DNA of 24,491 nt from a virus (lineage: Duplodnaviria > Caudoviricetes): the IMG/VR virus record IMGVR_UViG_3300048886_001546, positions 1 to 24,491 of that record. One strand, 5' to 3'. Position 1 is the stretch's first letter, and each line of letters starts with the position of its first letter. Positions 10,001 to 17,624 of the stretch are shown in pieces. The position numbers and the translations under genes are program-made. The notes under the pieces are model-generated. The model was not told the DNA's origin, searched no databases, and was given only the letters and a program-made list of their open reading frames with translations.

Positions 10001-12438
10001 TAGAGTATATTGAAAATAAACGATACACTATGCGTGATATTAGTAATCTTGAAAAACGATTAAGTAATGTTGAGTATTATACTTCTTTAACTTTGTTAGA
10101 AAGGGAAACAGATTCATTAGTTATTAAAGATGCTGCTGGATTAGATAGGTTTAAGAGTGGAATATTGGCAGATGAATTTAGTGGTCATTCTGTTGGAGAT
10201 GTCTTTAGTCCTGATTATCAATGTTCTATTGATTTTCAAGAAAGATTTTTAAGACCACCATTTAAAATGGAATTAACAGATATTGATTTTAACTCTGACG
10301 AATCAACAGGTATACAACGAACAGGTGATTTGATTTCTCTTCCTTATGAATCTGAAACATATATAGATCAACCATTAGCAAGTAAGTTTATTAATGTTAA
10401 TCCATTTGCTGTAGTTGCATGGATTGGTATTGTTGAATTGACACCACCAAATGATAATTGGATTGATACTAATACGCGACCAGAAGTTGTTGTAAATATA
10501 AATGGTGAAAATGATGGATGGGAACAAATGATTGGTTTTGGTTTTGAAAGCCAATTTAATACTTGGGAAACAATAGGAACGGGAAGACAACTTAGATCAC
10601 AGACAAGAGGGACTACAGCAGCAGAAAGAGCTGGTGCAGGTGCAGGAAGGGCTCTAAGACGACAAACTGAAACACTTGCATTTCAACAAGGGTCAATAGA
10701 ACGTGCTGAAATAACAGGCACAGAAGCAGTAAGAAATGAAGTTGGTGAAAGGGTTACTGATGTTTCTATTATTCCTTTTATAAGGTCACGCGATATAACT
10801 GTTAATGTAACTGGTATGAAACCATTGACACAAGTATATCCATTTTTTGATGGAGAACCTGTTTCGGCATATTGTACACCAACTGGTGGTGTTCTCGGTG
10901 ATCCGATTTACACTGGTGAGTCTGGTGAAATATCTGGTTTAATTTTTTCTCTACCTAATACTGATACTTTAAGATTTAGAGTAGGAGATAAACAATTTCT
11001 TTTACTTGATAATTCAGCGGGTGACTTACTACTTGCTGGTACACGTGGTGAAGTGATTTATCAAGCAAGCGGTTTATTGCAACAAAGAGAGAATGTAGTT
11101 CTTTCTACAAGAGTACCAAGAATTGAAAGGAGAACTACTCAGGAGGCGAGAGTTAGTATTAATACGACTGTTGACTTTTTTAATCCTCCTCCTCCACCAC
11201 CAAGAGATCCGTTGGCGGAAACTTTCTTTGTAGATGGAACTATATATCCAAATGGTCTATTTCTTTCAAGTCTTGATGTATATTTTAAAAGTAAAGACAC
11301 TAATAATATTCCAGTAACTTGTGAAATTAGAACCACTGTTAATGGTTATCCATCAACTGTAGTAGTTCCTTTTAGTGATATATCAAAACTACCAGCTGAT
11401 GTAACTACTAGTGAAGATGCATCTGTTACAACTAATTTTCTGTTTGATAAAGGATTAGTATACTTACAACCTGGTGAATATTCTATTGTTATTCTTTCAA
11501 ATAGTTTAGAGTATGAGGTATTTCTTGCAGAGATGGGTGACGATATTATTGGAACGACTAGAAAAGTTTCTGAACAACCGTATGTTGGTTCGTTTTTTAA
11601 ATCACAAAATGCATCAACTTGGACAGCAGAACAAAATCAAGATTTATCTTTTAGACTTAATAAATGTAAATTCACAGTAGCAGACTTTTCTGAAGCTGTA
11701 TTTAAAAATCAGATAATTCCTACAGAATATAAATCAAACATTCTACAGATTGTACCAAGAGAACTTCTTACGGCAGGTACTAATATTACTTGGGGAGTTA
11801 AAATGACGGATGTTGAGAGTAATACTATAGATACTACTTTCTTTGAAGTAGCAAAAATGGAAAATCTTGCTTTAGAACGACAAAAGAAAATTACAACTTT
11901 AGCAGGTAGTTATATTTCTGCTGCTCAATTTTCGTCAAGATCAGAACACATTTCCCCAATCATTGATCTTGCAAGAAATAGTGTTGTTACTGTTGAAAAT
12001 ATTGTTAATAATATTTCAACAAATGAAACAAATACAGAAGGTGGAGATGCATTAGCTAGATATCAAACTAGACGAGTAACTCTTAAAGAAGGTTTTGATG
12101 CTGCTTCATTGAAGGTTTATCTAACTGCTAATAGGCAAGAAGGAACAAGTCTTAAAGTTTACTATAAAGTTTTGTCACAGTTTGATCCAGAAATTTTTGA
12201 TGATAAACTTTGGACTGAAATGGTTGAAATGACAAATCAAAATAATATTTCTGCTGATGATTCAATTAATGAGTATTTTGAAATTGAATATGAGCCTGTT
12301 GGTAATGATATTGCTTATACTTTAGATAATATTACATATCAAAATTTTAAAACTTTTGCTATTAAAATTGTAATGATGTCTAGTACTACAACGAGAGTTC
12401 CATTAATTAAAAATTTAAGAGCTGTTGCATTAGCGTAA
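7039..12438 (+). CDS. Large virion structural protein (DUF4815/VrlC-like baseplate-associated)
   Basis: 1799 aa; PYFDDY...K.F..IL.K.G.PVQARELTQ.Q, DNAQG..N..APG.DR, RTYDESGNY.V, KRYTMRDI..LEKR..N.EYYT.L, DPLAETF, GSFFKSQN.STW and FAIKIVM.....P.I.NLRA.A motifs. Confidence 0.88.
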   Translation: MSNFNINTNQSPYFDDYDEEKDFHQILYKAGFPVQARELTQEQTILRNQIKRFGNHVFQDGSKVTGGDVTLNLEYEYVKLEPQYNGVNITPSNFHGNTVLGTESGCRAIVLNSIVSDITTGDPDTIFVKYISGESVTTKVQGIFVTGGGIGYTSAPTVAITGGGGVGASAVAVLNTAGEVGAVNVTSKGSGYTSAPSITFTGGSGSGAEADSTINTAASFKNGERIVTENLATSGIAQSSGSTGRGSAVSIDDGVFFISGNFVRIAAQTIILEKYTDRPSQKVGITVAETIVDSGADSTLLDNAQGAYNFSAPGSDRLKIALTLVKKSVDSVDDIDFFELLRISNGLITKDFRRPLYSELENTLASRTYDESGNYTVRAFNIQLKEDASDSTKFKVRIDPGKAFIEGKEYETFTGTDVSIDKARTFANVNNFDRLMQFGNYVVVTSLKGLFNISTQQEIDLHNVASASIDLTDDTTYATSKIGTAKVRSVDYVSSGVFNLYIYDIKMTASAFTAVDSFFLPVDPSTTPVVETSSCDIDDSGRVGGLSSGTTTLYETNENSLVFPLAQNVIKTIRDADNIIDTSYRVKRVFESVVFATGVSTISTTGSTETFFGSGTLSDTNKLEGYLVTVRTVGTSSYTVGQILDFTGSNESILVNAPSNTSITFDTGGTDNFTADIIATINLDGKQEKVKTLISTETKTITTPNTTPTGYDSLEVSDVYKIHAIYDSGDPIVDPIIPSLNLDNPSNDALTVGETITGEISGATGRVVTSVGGASSLQYIPISGTFVPETITGGTSGFTKTVTVAVAGHPEISSKYELDSGMRDNFYDHGRIKLKAGQTAPAGRITVIYDHFTHSGTGYLSVDSYATVDFDSIPTYISPITGVEVELRDCVDFRPRRADGGTTIENIEIPVPNTNWSADYSYYLPRTDSVYISRIGTTARETIATDVFGSNTGVPSLRQTSPPRLDGTMDLYRIRIPAYTFKASDVSVEYIENKRYTMRDISNLEKRLSNVEYYTSLTLLERETDSLVIKDAAGLDRFKSGILADEFSGHSVGDVFSPDYQCSIDFQERFLRPPFKMELTDIDFNSDESTGIQRTGDLISLPYESETYIDQPLASKFINVNPFAVVAWIGIVELTPPNDNWIDTNTRPEVVVNINGENDGWEQMIGFGFESQFNTWETIGTGRQLRSQTRGTTAAERAGAGAGRALRRQTETLAFQQGSIERAEITGTEAVRNEVGERVTDVSIIPFIRSRDITVNVTGMKPLTQVYPFFDGEPVSAYCTPTGGVLGDPIYTGESGEISGLIFSLPNTDTLRFRVGDKQFLLLDNSAGDLLLAGTRGEVIYQASGLLQQRENVVLSTRVPRIERRTTQEARVSINTTVDFFNPPPPPPRDPLAETFFVDGTIYPNGLFLSSLDVYFKSKDTNNIPVTCEIRTTVNGYPSTVVVPFSDISKLPADVTTSEDASVTTNFLFDKGLVYLQPGEYSIVILSNSLEYEVFLAEMGDDIIGTTRKVSEQPYVGSFFKSQNASTWTAEQNQDLSFRLNKCKFTVADFSEAVFKNQIIPTEYKSNILQIVPRELLTAGTNITWGVKMTDVESNTIDTTFFEVAKMENLALERQKKITTLAGSYISAAQFSSRSEHISPIIDLARNSVVTVENIVNNISTNETNTEGGDALARYQTRRVTLKEGFDAASLKVYLTANRQEGTSLKVYYKVLSQFDPEIFDDKLWTEMVEMTNQNNISADDSINEYFEIEYEPVGNDIAYTLDNITYQNFKTFAIKIVMMSSTTTRVPLIKNLRAVALA

Positions 12439-12441
12439 ATT

Positions 12442-12621
12442 ATGGATACATTTGTTAGAGAAGGAAAAGCACTTTTAGAAACTAATTTATCTGGTTTAGA
12501 ACGATATAAGTTATTAAGAGAGCAAAAACAAAAAGAGCAATCAGATATAAATAGTATTAAGGAAGATATTATCGAGCTTAAGAAACAAGTAAAACTATTG
12601 TTAGGAAAACAAAATGGCTAA
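12442..12621 (+). CDS. Small coiled-coil protein (59 aa), not in the ORF track
   Basis: Manual translation: MDTFVREGKALLETNLSGLERYKLLREQKQKEQSDINSIKEDIIELKKQVKLLLGKQNG*. Fills the gap after the DUF4815-type gene and overlaps the next ATG by 8 nt. Confidence 0.8.
   Translation: MDTFVREGKALLETNLSGLERYKLLREQKQKEQSDINSIKEDIIELKKQVKLLLGKQNG
12546..12553 (+). promoter_or_regulatory. T4-type late promoter (TATAAATA) inside the small ORF
   Basis: Exact motif about 60 nt upstream of the fibre gene ATG at 12614. Confidence 0.6.
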
Positions 12622-13336
12622 AATTGTAAAAAGACGAAGAGGTACAACAGCAGAACATGCAGTTTTTAAAGGTGCTCTCGGTGAAATTACTATTGATATG
12701 GATAAGGATACTGTAGTCGTACATGATGATGATTTGTTAGGTGGTTTTCCATTAGCAAGAGAAGATTTAAGTAATGTTAATCTTGTGGGAAGAATTGGTA
12801 TTACGGAATTAGATTTAACAGATGGTCAACCAGGACAGTTTCTTAAAACAGATGGCTCAGCTGGTCTTTCATTTGCTACAGTAGATATAGATAACTCTGT
12901 TGTTGGTGGTGATGTTACTGGTACTGTTTCCAATATTCAGATTGCACAGGGTGCAGTAGATTCAGCAGCAATAGGTACAGGTGCAGTTTTAGAAAATCGT
13001 ATAGCTGATGATGCTGTAACATCACCAAAAATAGCTGATAATGCTGTTGGTATGTCAGAAATTAATGTGATAGATGGTTCAGCTGGTCAAGTGTTGACCA
13101 CTAGTGGTGCTGGTGCGTTAAGTTTTAAAACTAGTATGACGGAAACAATTGTTACACCGACTGGGGGTCAATTAACCTTTAGTGGTTTAACTTATAATAT
13201 AGGAAGAATCTCTGTTTTTTTAAATGGTATTAAACTACTCAATGGTGTAGATTTTGTTGCCAATGATGGAAGCTCTGTAGTGTTCACTGCTGGTGTTTCA
13301 TCTACTGATAGAGTTGAATTTCAAATATTTGCATAA
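12614..13336 (+). CDS. Tail fibre protein, paralog A (Mtd_N-like N-terminus)
   Basis: N-terminal RRRGTTAEH..F.GA.GEIT.D..K.TVVVHD; GQ.L.TDG...LSF and IADxAV repeats; C-terminal VFLNGIKL..G.DF.A.DG domain. Confidence 0.8.
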   Translation: MAKIVKRRRGTTAEHAVFKGALGEITIDMDKDTVVVHDDDLLGGFPLAREDLSNVNLVGRIGITELDLTDGQPGQFLKTDGSAGLSFATVDIDNSVVGGDVTGTVSNIQIAQGAVDSAAIGTGAVLENRIADDAVTSPKIADNAVGMSEINVIDGSAGQVLTTSGAGALSFKTSMTETIVTPTGGQLTFSGLTYNIGRISVFLNGIKLLNGVDFVANDGSSVVFTAGVSSTDRVEFQIFA

Positions 13337-13348
13337 TAGGAGAGAGTA

Positions 13349-13855
13349 ATGTCAAAAGCAAGAGAAATAGCAGATTTACTTGATGTTGGTGGTGATGTAC
13401 TTCTTGATCGGTTAGATAATTTACCAGCTGGTGCGGCACCAGATTGGAATACATTATTGAATAAACCTACTTTGGCACCATCTGCAACAACTGATACAAC
13501 TAACGCGGATAATATCACTAGTGGAACTATGTTAGTAGGTAGAATTGGTACAGGTACAAATGACTCGACTACTTATTTAAGAGGTGATGGAACATGGACA
13601 ACGAACTGCACAAATTTTGCTAATTGTACTAACTGCGGAACTTCCGGAACACTAAACTCGCTGACTACGTTGGGCGAAGTGGAAATAACACATTACTTAT
13701 GGCCTCCTACAAGTACTCAGTTTGGTGCCTGTAATTGTGGTGGTCCTACTAGAGAATATTACGAGCTAGTAGATAATGGTCAGACTTTGGTTACTCAGAC
13801 GAGTGGAACTCAATCGACATGCGCATGTCAATGTGATTGTGCGTGTAATTGTTAA
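13349..13855 (+). CDS. Fibre-like protein with Cys-rich C-terminus; putative substrate of the adjacent rSAM/SPASM enzyme
   Basis: RBS AGGAGAG; MSKAREIA start, WNTLLNKP and YLRGDGTW fibre-type motifs; 11 Cys, all in aa 87-168, ending CACQCDCACNC. Confidence 0.75.
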   Translation: MSKAREIADLLDVGGDVLLDRLDNLPAGAAPDWNTLLNKPTLAPSATTDTTNADNITSGTMLVGRIGTGTNDSTTYLRGDGTWTTNCTNFANCTNCGTSGTLNSLTTLGEVEITHYLWPPTSTQFGACNCGGPTREYYELVDNGQTLVTQTSGTQSTCACQCDCACNC

Positions 13856-13870
13856 AAAAGGATAATAATT

Positions 13871-14887
13871 ATGTTTAAAAAAATGTATAATAGCTTGTCG
13901 GTAGCAGTTCATGTAGAATTTTTGGTACATGACGACTATGCTTGTTTAAAAATATGGACTCCTGTTTCAGAAAGAGTAGAAAGATTTGAAGGGGATGTTG
14001 CTACATCGGCTGATTTAGGTAAGGATAATAAGGTTCCTGGGCAAATTAGTGGAACTACTATTAAAAGTTTAGCTTTTAGTCAACTACCAGAATATATGAG
14101 TTTTCCAGTAGATAACACAGGAGTTTATCATACCAGGTTACCTGCAGGTGTAATTTACGGAGAAGAAAAAGATGGTGTAGATTTTTTGCCTAACATTCCT
14201 GCCAGTATCAGAAGTAATTTCACAGATGCTCTCACAGGACAACTTTTTCGTAATGTTGCCTATTCATGGATTGATCCAACAGATACTTCTATAAATGGCG
14301 GGGAACAGTCTGATGGAGCATGTTGGGTAATAGGTGTTGTATCTTCTGACTGTCCTAGAACTTCTCCTGCTTATAATGCACTTGCGACTACTCATAATTC
14401 TAAAGCGCATCCGCTTAGATCAGTACGACAGTATGGAGCGCCTGCTTCTTTATTTTTATATCAACCATTTATGACGGATAACTTTACGGATTGTTCTGTT
14501 ACTCTAAAATATAATAAAGGATATGGGTTTAGTACCAATATTCTTGATGGTTGGGATACTGGTAGTGGGTATGATTATCTTGGTCAACTTGCTGATGCTA
14601 TGCCTCATTTTACAGTAACTAGTGGCGGCACAACTATAGATGCAGATGCACATGATACAGTAGAATTTAAAATGGTTGATGCTGATGGGACTCTTATAGA
14701 AAAAGATACTACTGTATATTTAGAATCTACAGGAGGGTATCTTCCTAAAACTAGAGTTGCCGTTACAGATGGTTTAGGATCATTTAAAGTATCTGCACTA
14801 GGTTTAGTAACTGACGATACCTTTAAAATTAAGATTGGACTTAGAAACTATACTGGAGTTAAAGACGTAAACTATACGGTTACTTAA
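13871..14887 (+). CDS. Hypothetical protein (338 aa) with probable C-terminal Ig-like beta-sandwich
   Basis: RBS AAGGA; C-terminal ~95 aa has an alternating beta-strand pattern (TVEFKMVD..VYLESTGGYLP..FKVSALGL..FKIKIG); TAATG overlap with the next gene. Confidence 0.7.
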   Translation: MFKKMYNSLSVAVHVEFLVHDDYACLKIWTPVSERVERFEGDVATSADLGKDNKVPGQISGTTIKSLAFSQLPEYMSFPVDNTGVYHTRLPAGVIYGEEKDGVDFLPNIPASIRSNFTDALTGQLFRNVAYSWIDPTDTSINGGEQSDGACWVIGVVSSDCPRTSPAYNALATTHNSKAHPLRSVRQYGAPASLFLYQPFMTDNFTDCSVTLKYNKGYGFSTNILDGWDTGSGYDYLGQLADAMPHFTVTSGGTTIDADAHDTVEFKMVDADGTLIEKDTTVYLESTGGYLPKTRVAVTDGLGSFKVSALGLVTDDTFKIKIGLRNYTGVKDVNYTVT

Positions 14888-15462
14888 TGGATTCTTTTAG
14901 TTATGAAAAGGCTTTTTCAAGCCAACAATGTGATAAAATTGTTTCTGATTTTGGTTATGAACCAACACTAGAAGCTAGTAGTGTTTATGGTCGTGATGGA
15001 TCACCAGTTTCTGATGAATCTATGGCACATATAAGATCATCATCAGTGCACTGGATTGATACAAAATTAGAAATTAATAAAGTGATTTGGGAACTTATGT
15101 TAGAAGCTAACAGTAAATTTTTTAATTATAATATTCATCAGTCCGGGGGCGAACAAATACAGTTTAGTAAATATGGCATAGGTGATTTTTACGAATGGCA
15201 TAAAGATTATTTTGATAAGCCTGATACACACAATTTTGGGGAAGTAAGAAAATTATCCGTAACGGTTGAATTATCTGATCCGGATAGTTATGAAGGAGGT
15301 ATATTAGAATTTTATAATGGAAACAAAACAACTAGTAGGCCTGTGCAAAGTAAAGGAGTTATAACTGTCTTTGATTCGCGGGAATGGCATAGAGTTACTA
15401 AAATAACTAAAGGTACGCGATACAGTCTTGTAATGTGGTGTAGAGGTGAAAAATTTAAATGA
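14887..15462 (+). CDS. 2OG-Fe(II) oxygenase, prolyl-4-hydroxylase/PKHD-like
   Basis: Y.WHKD (HxD), RKLS..V.LSD...YEGG.LEF and VFDS..WHRV..IT.GTRYSLV.W (distal His and 2OG-binding RxS). Confidence 0.9.
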   Translation: MDSFSYEKAFSSQQCDKIVSDFGYEPTLEASSVYGRDGSPVSDESMAHIRSSSVHWIDTKLEINKVIWELMLEANSKFFNYNIHQSGGEQIQFSKYGIGDFYEWHKDYFDKPDTHNFGEVRKLSVTVELSDPDSYEGGILEFYNGNKTTSRPVQSKGVITVFDSREWHRVTKITKGTRYSLVMWCRGEKFK

Positions 15463-16235
15463 AAAAACCCGCACATATAGAATTTTATGAAAATCTAAAA
15501 GAAGAATCTAAAGATACAAGAACCCACCCACTAGATAATTCTGTAACAATTCAACAAAAATGGGCTACGCCGTTTTTGGAAAGTGACATAACTCTTCCAC
15601 AGAAAATGCGTGAGGATTTAATTAAAGTCCTTGAAATAAAGGAAACCGCTTTAGCTGAGCTTAAAGAAAGCGAGCCAGAATTTTATGGCATGGCTGAAGC
15701 TAAAGGATTTTACGCAACTACTCATTACAATCTTTTTGATAATCCCGCAGAACACGCATTTGCAGAGCAATCTATTTTAGATTTTGAGCAAATTGCTTGT
15801 AAATTGATTCGCTACTACATCCGTAAAGGTTGGGGTGTTCAACAAGCTGATGATTTTAGAATTGAAGGTAGATGTTTTGGTAATGTTCAACAACCAGGAG
15901 CTAGAACATATCCCCATTATCATCAAGATACTAATGGTGTTTTAGTACATTACCTTACTGTAGGAGATGGAAATTTATTGGAGGGTACTTATGATTCTCC
16001 AAGGCATGGTAGTCACAAAGTTTTATTTATTGATCCACGACCTGCCGTTAATTATCCTTATTGGGAAAAAGTACATACAGTATCTCCAAAAACAGGACTT
16101 ACTGTAATTCACCCAAATTATTTATGGCATGAAACCAATCCTTGGTTAGGAAAAGGAACGAGAGTTTGTATTGTAGTAAATTTTAGAATTATGTCACACG
16201 GGTATAATGAACTTAGCAAGCAATTTAGGGGGTGA
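15459..16235 (+). CDS. Putative 2OG-Fe(II) oxygenase (TIGR02466-like), paralog 1
   Basis: PHYH...GVLVHYL, FIDPRP, P.TGLTVIHPNYLWHET and RVCIVVNF motifs. Confidence 0.8.
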   Translation: MKKPAHIEFYENLKEESKDTRTHPLDNSVTIQQKWATPFLESDITLPQKMREDLIKVLEIKETALAELKESEPEFYGMAEAKGFYATTHYNLFDNPAEHAFAEQSILDFEQIACKLIRYYIRKGWGVQQADDFRIEGRCFGNVQQPGARTYPHYHQDTNGVLVHYLTVGDGNLLEGTYDSPRHGSHKVLFIDPRPAVNYPYWEKVHTVSPKTGLTVIHPNYLWHETNPWLGKGTRVCIVVNFRIMSHGYNELSKQFRG

Positions 16236-16975
16236 TGGCGGTTATGGATTTACAAGTCACGGAAGAATGGCCTACTATTATTGGTACTGAAACTATAGAA
16301 TTACCTCAAGTAATGAGAGATGTTCTTGTTAAGGTAATTAAAGAACAAGATAGTGTTTTTACAGAGAACACCTACAATAAAATAAATAAAACTACTTCTG
16401 ATTTAGAAGCATTTGATTCTAAGATATATAACCTATTTGATTATTCACGTTATGAAATAGAAGAAGAAATAACACAAATCAAAGAATTTGAGAGGATAAT
16501 GTCGAAGGTTATCAGAGAGTATGTTTCTGAAGCATGGCAAGTAGATCAAGATATAGAGATTGATGTTAGAGGTTTTGGTAATGTACAAAGGACGTTTGGA
16601 AGAAGAACATCTCCTCATTTTCATCATGGTTGGGATGGTGTTTTAGCTCATTATGTAACAATAGGTGATGAGTATAAAACTAAATATACGATCCCACATG
16701 AAACAAAAGATACGGATTATAGTGGTGAATTATTATTGTTAGATCCAAGACCTAATAATTATGCTACTGATGAAAATATTAGGACTGATATTATACATAT
16801 AACTCCGTCTAATGGTCTTACTATAATACATCCTGCTTATATATGGCATGAAACGCATACTCATACTAAAGCAGGAGATAGAGTACTTGTAGCTATTAAT
16901 TTTCATATAAGGAATCGTAATTTTGATGAATTACCAACAACTTTGGTCAACACCTATAGGGAAGGTTCAAATTGA
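16235..16975 (+). CDS. Putative 2OG-Fe(II) oxygenase (TIGR02466-like), paralog 2
   Basis: PHFH...GVLAHYV, GELLLLDPRP, GLTIIHPAYIWHET and RVLVAINF. Start uncertain (GTG 16232, ATG 16235 or ATG 16244). Confidence 0.8.
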   Translation: MAVMDLQVTEEWPTIIGTETIELPQVMRDVLVKVIKEQDSVFTENTYNKINKTTSDLEAFDSKIYNLFDYSRYEIEEEITQIKEFERIMSKVIREYVSEAWQVDQDIEIDVRGFGNVQRTFGRRTSPHFHHGWDGVLAHYVTIGDEYKTKYTIPHETKDTDYSGELLLLDPRPNNYATDENIRTDIIHITPSNGLTIIHPAYIWHETHTHTKAGDRVLVAINFHIRNRNFDELPTTLVNTYREGSN

Positions 16976-17624
16976 TCTTCCGGAAAATATACGAAAGACT
17001 TTAATTCAACAGGTTATATTTAATTATAACCGAAGAACGGAAGCGAAAGAACCTATACCTTCGTTTATGGATTTGTTTGATTATACTCAATATGTAGGTG
17101 ATGAAAAAATAGATGTATTTAAGGCTGTATATAGATTTGAACTTATTATCAGCAAGATTATTAGATCGTTTGTTGAACAAGCATGGGGTATGAATGAAAA
17201 AGCTGAATTAGCAATGCATTGTACGAGTAAAGTACAAGCACCGTATGACATGAGAATAGAACCACATCGGCATAATAATGTTGATCTTACAGCAGTACAT
17301 TATTTAACTACGGGTAATGAGTTTCATTACAGGCCTCCTGATTCAACTTTAGATGAAGGTCCATATTTACCTAATGATTACAGCGGTGAGCTTTTATTAT
17401 TAGACCCAAGGCCTTGTATAACATATCCTTATAATGATAAAGCTAAAACAATCAAGCCACAAAATGGTCTTACTGTCATTCATCCTGGTTATGTTTGGCA
17501 TGAAACACATCAACATACGCAGCCGGGTGTAAGAATAGCTTTAGTTATTAATGTTGAAATATCTAAAGAAACTAAAGTACATTCATCATTAAAACAATTA
17601 ATTAATATGAGGACATTAATATGA
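16926..17624 (+). CDS. Putative 2OG-Fe(II) oxygenase (TIGR02466-like), paralog 3
   Basis: PHRH...AVHYL, GELLLLDPRP, GLTVIHPGYVWHET and RIALVINV. ATG 16926 preferred over TTG 16923; QQLWSTP aligns with QQKWATP of paralog 1. Confidence 0.8.
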   Translation: MNYQQLWSTPIGKVQIDLPENIRKTLIQQVIFNYNRRTEAKEPIPSFMDLFDYTQYVGDEKIDVFKAVYRFELIISKIIRSFVEQAWGMNEKAELAMHCTSKVQAPYDMRIEPHRHNNVDLTAVHYLTTGNEFHYRPPDSTLDEGPYLPNDYSGELLLLDPRPCITYPYNDKAKTIKPQNGLTVIHPGYVWHETHQHTQPGVRIALVINVEISKETKVHSSLKQLINMRTLI

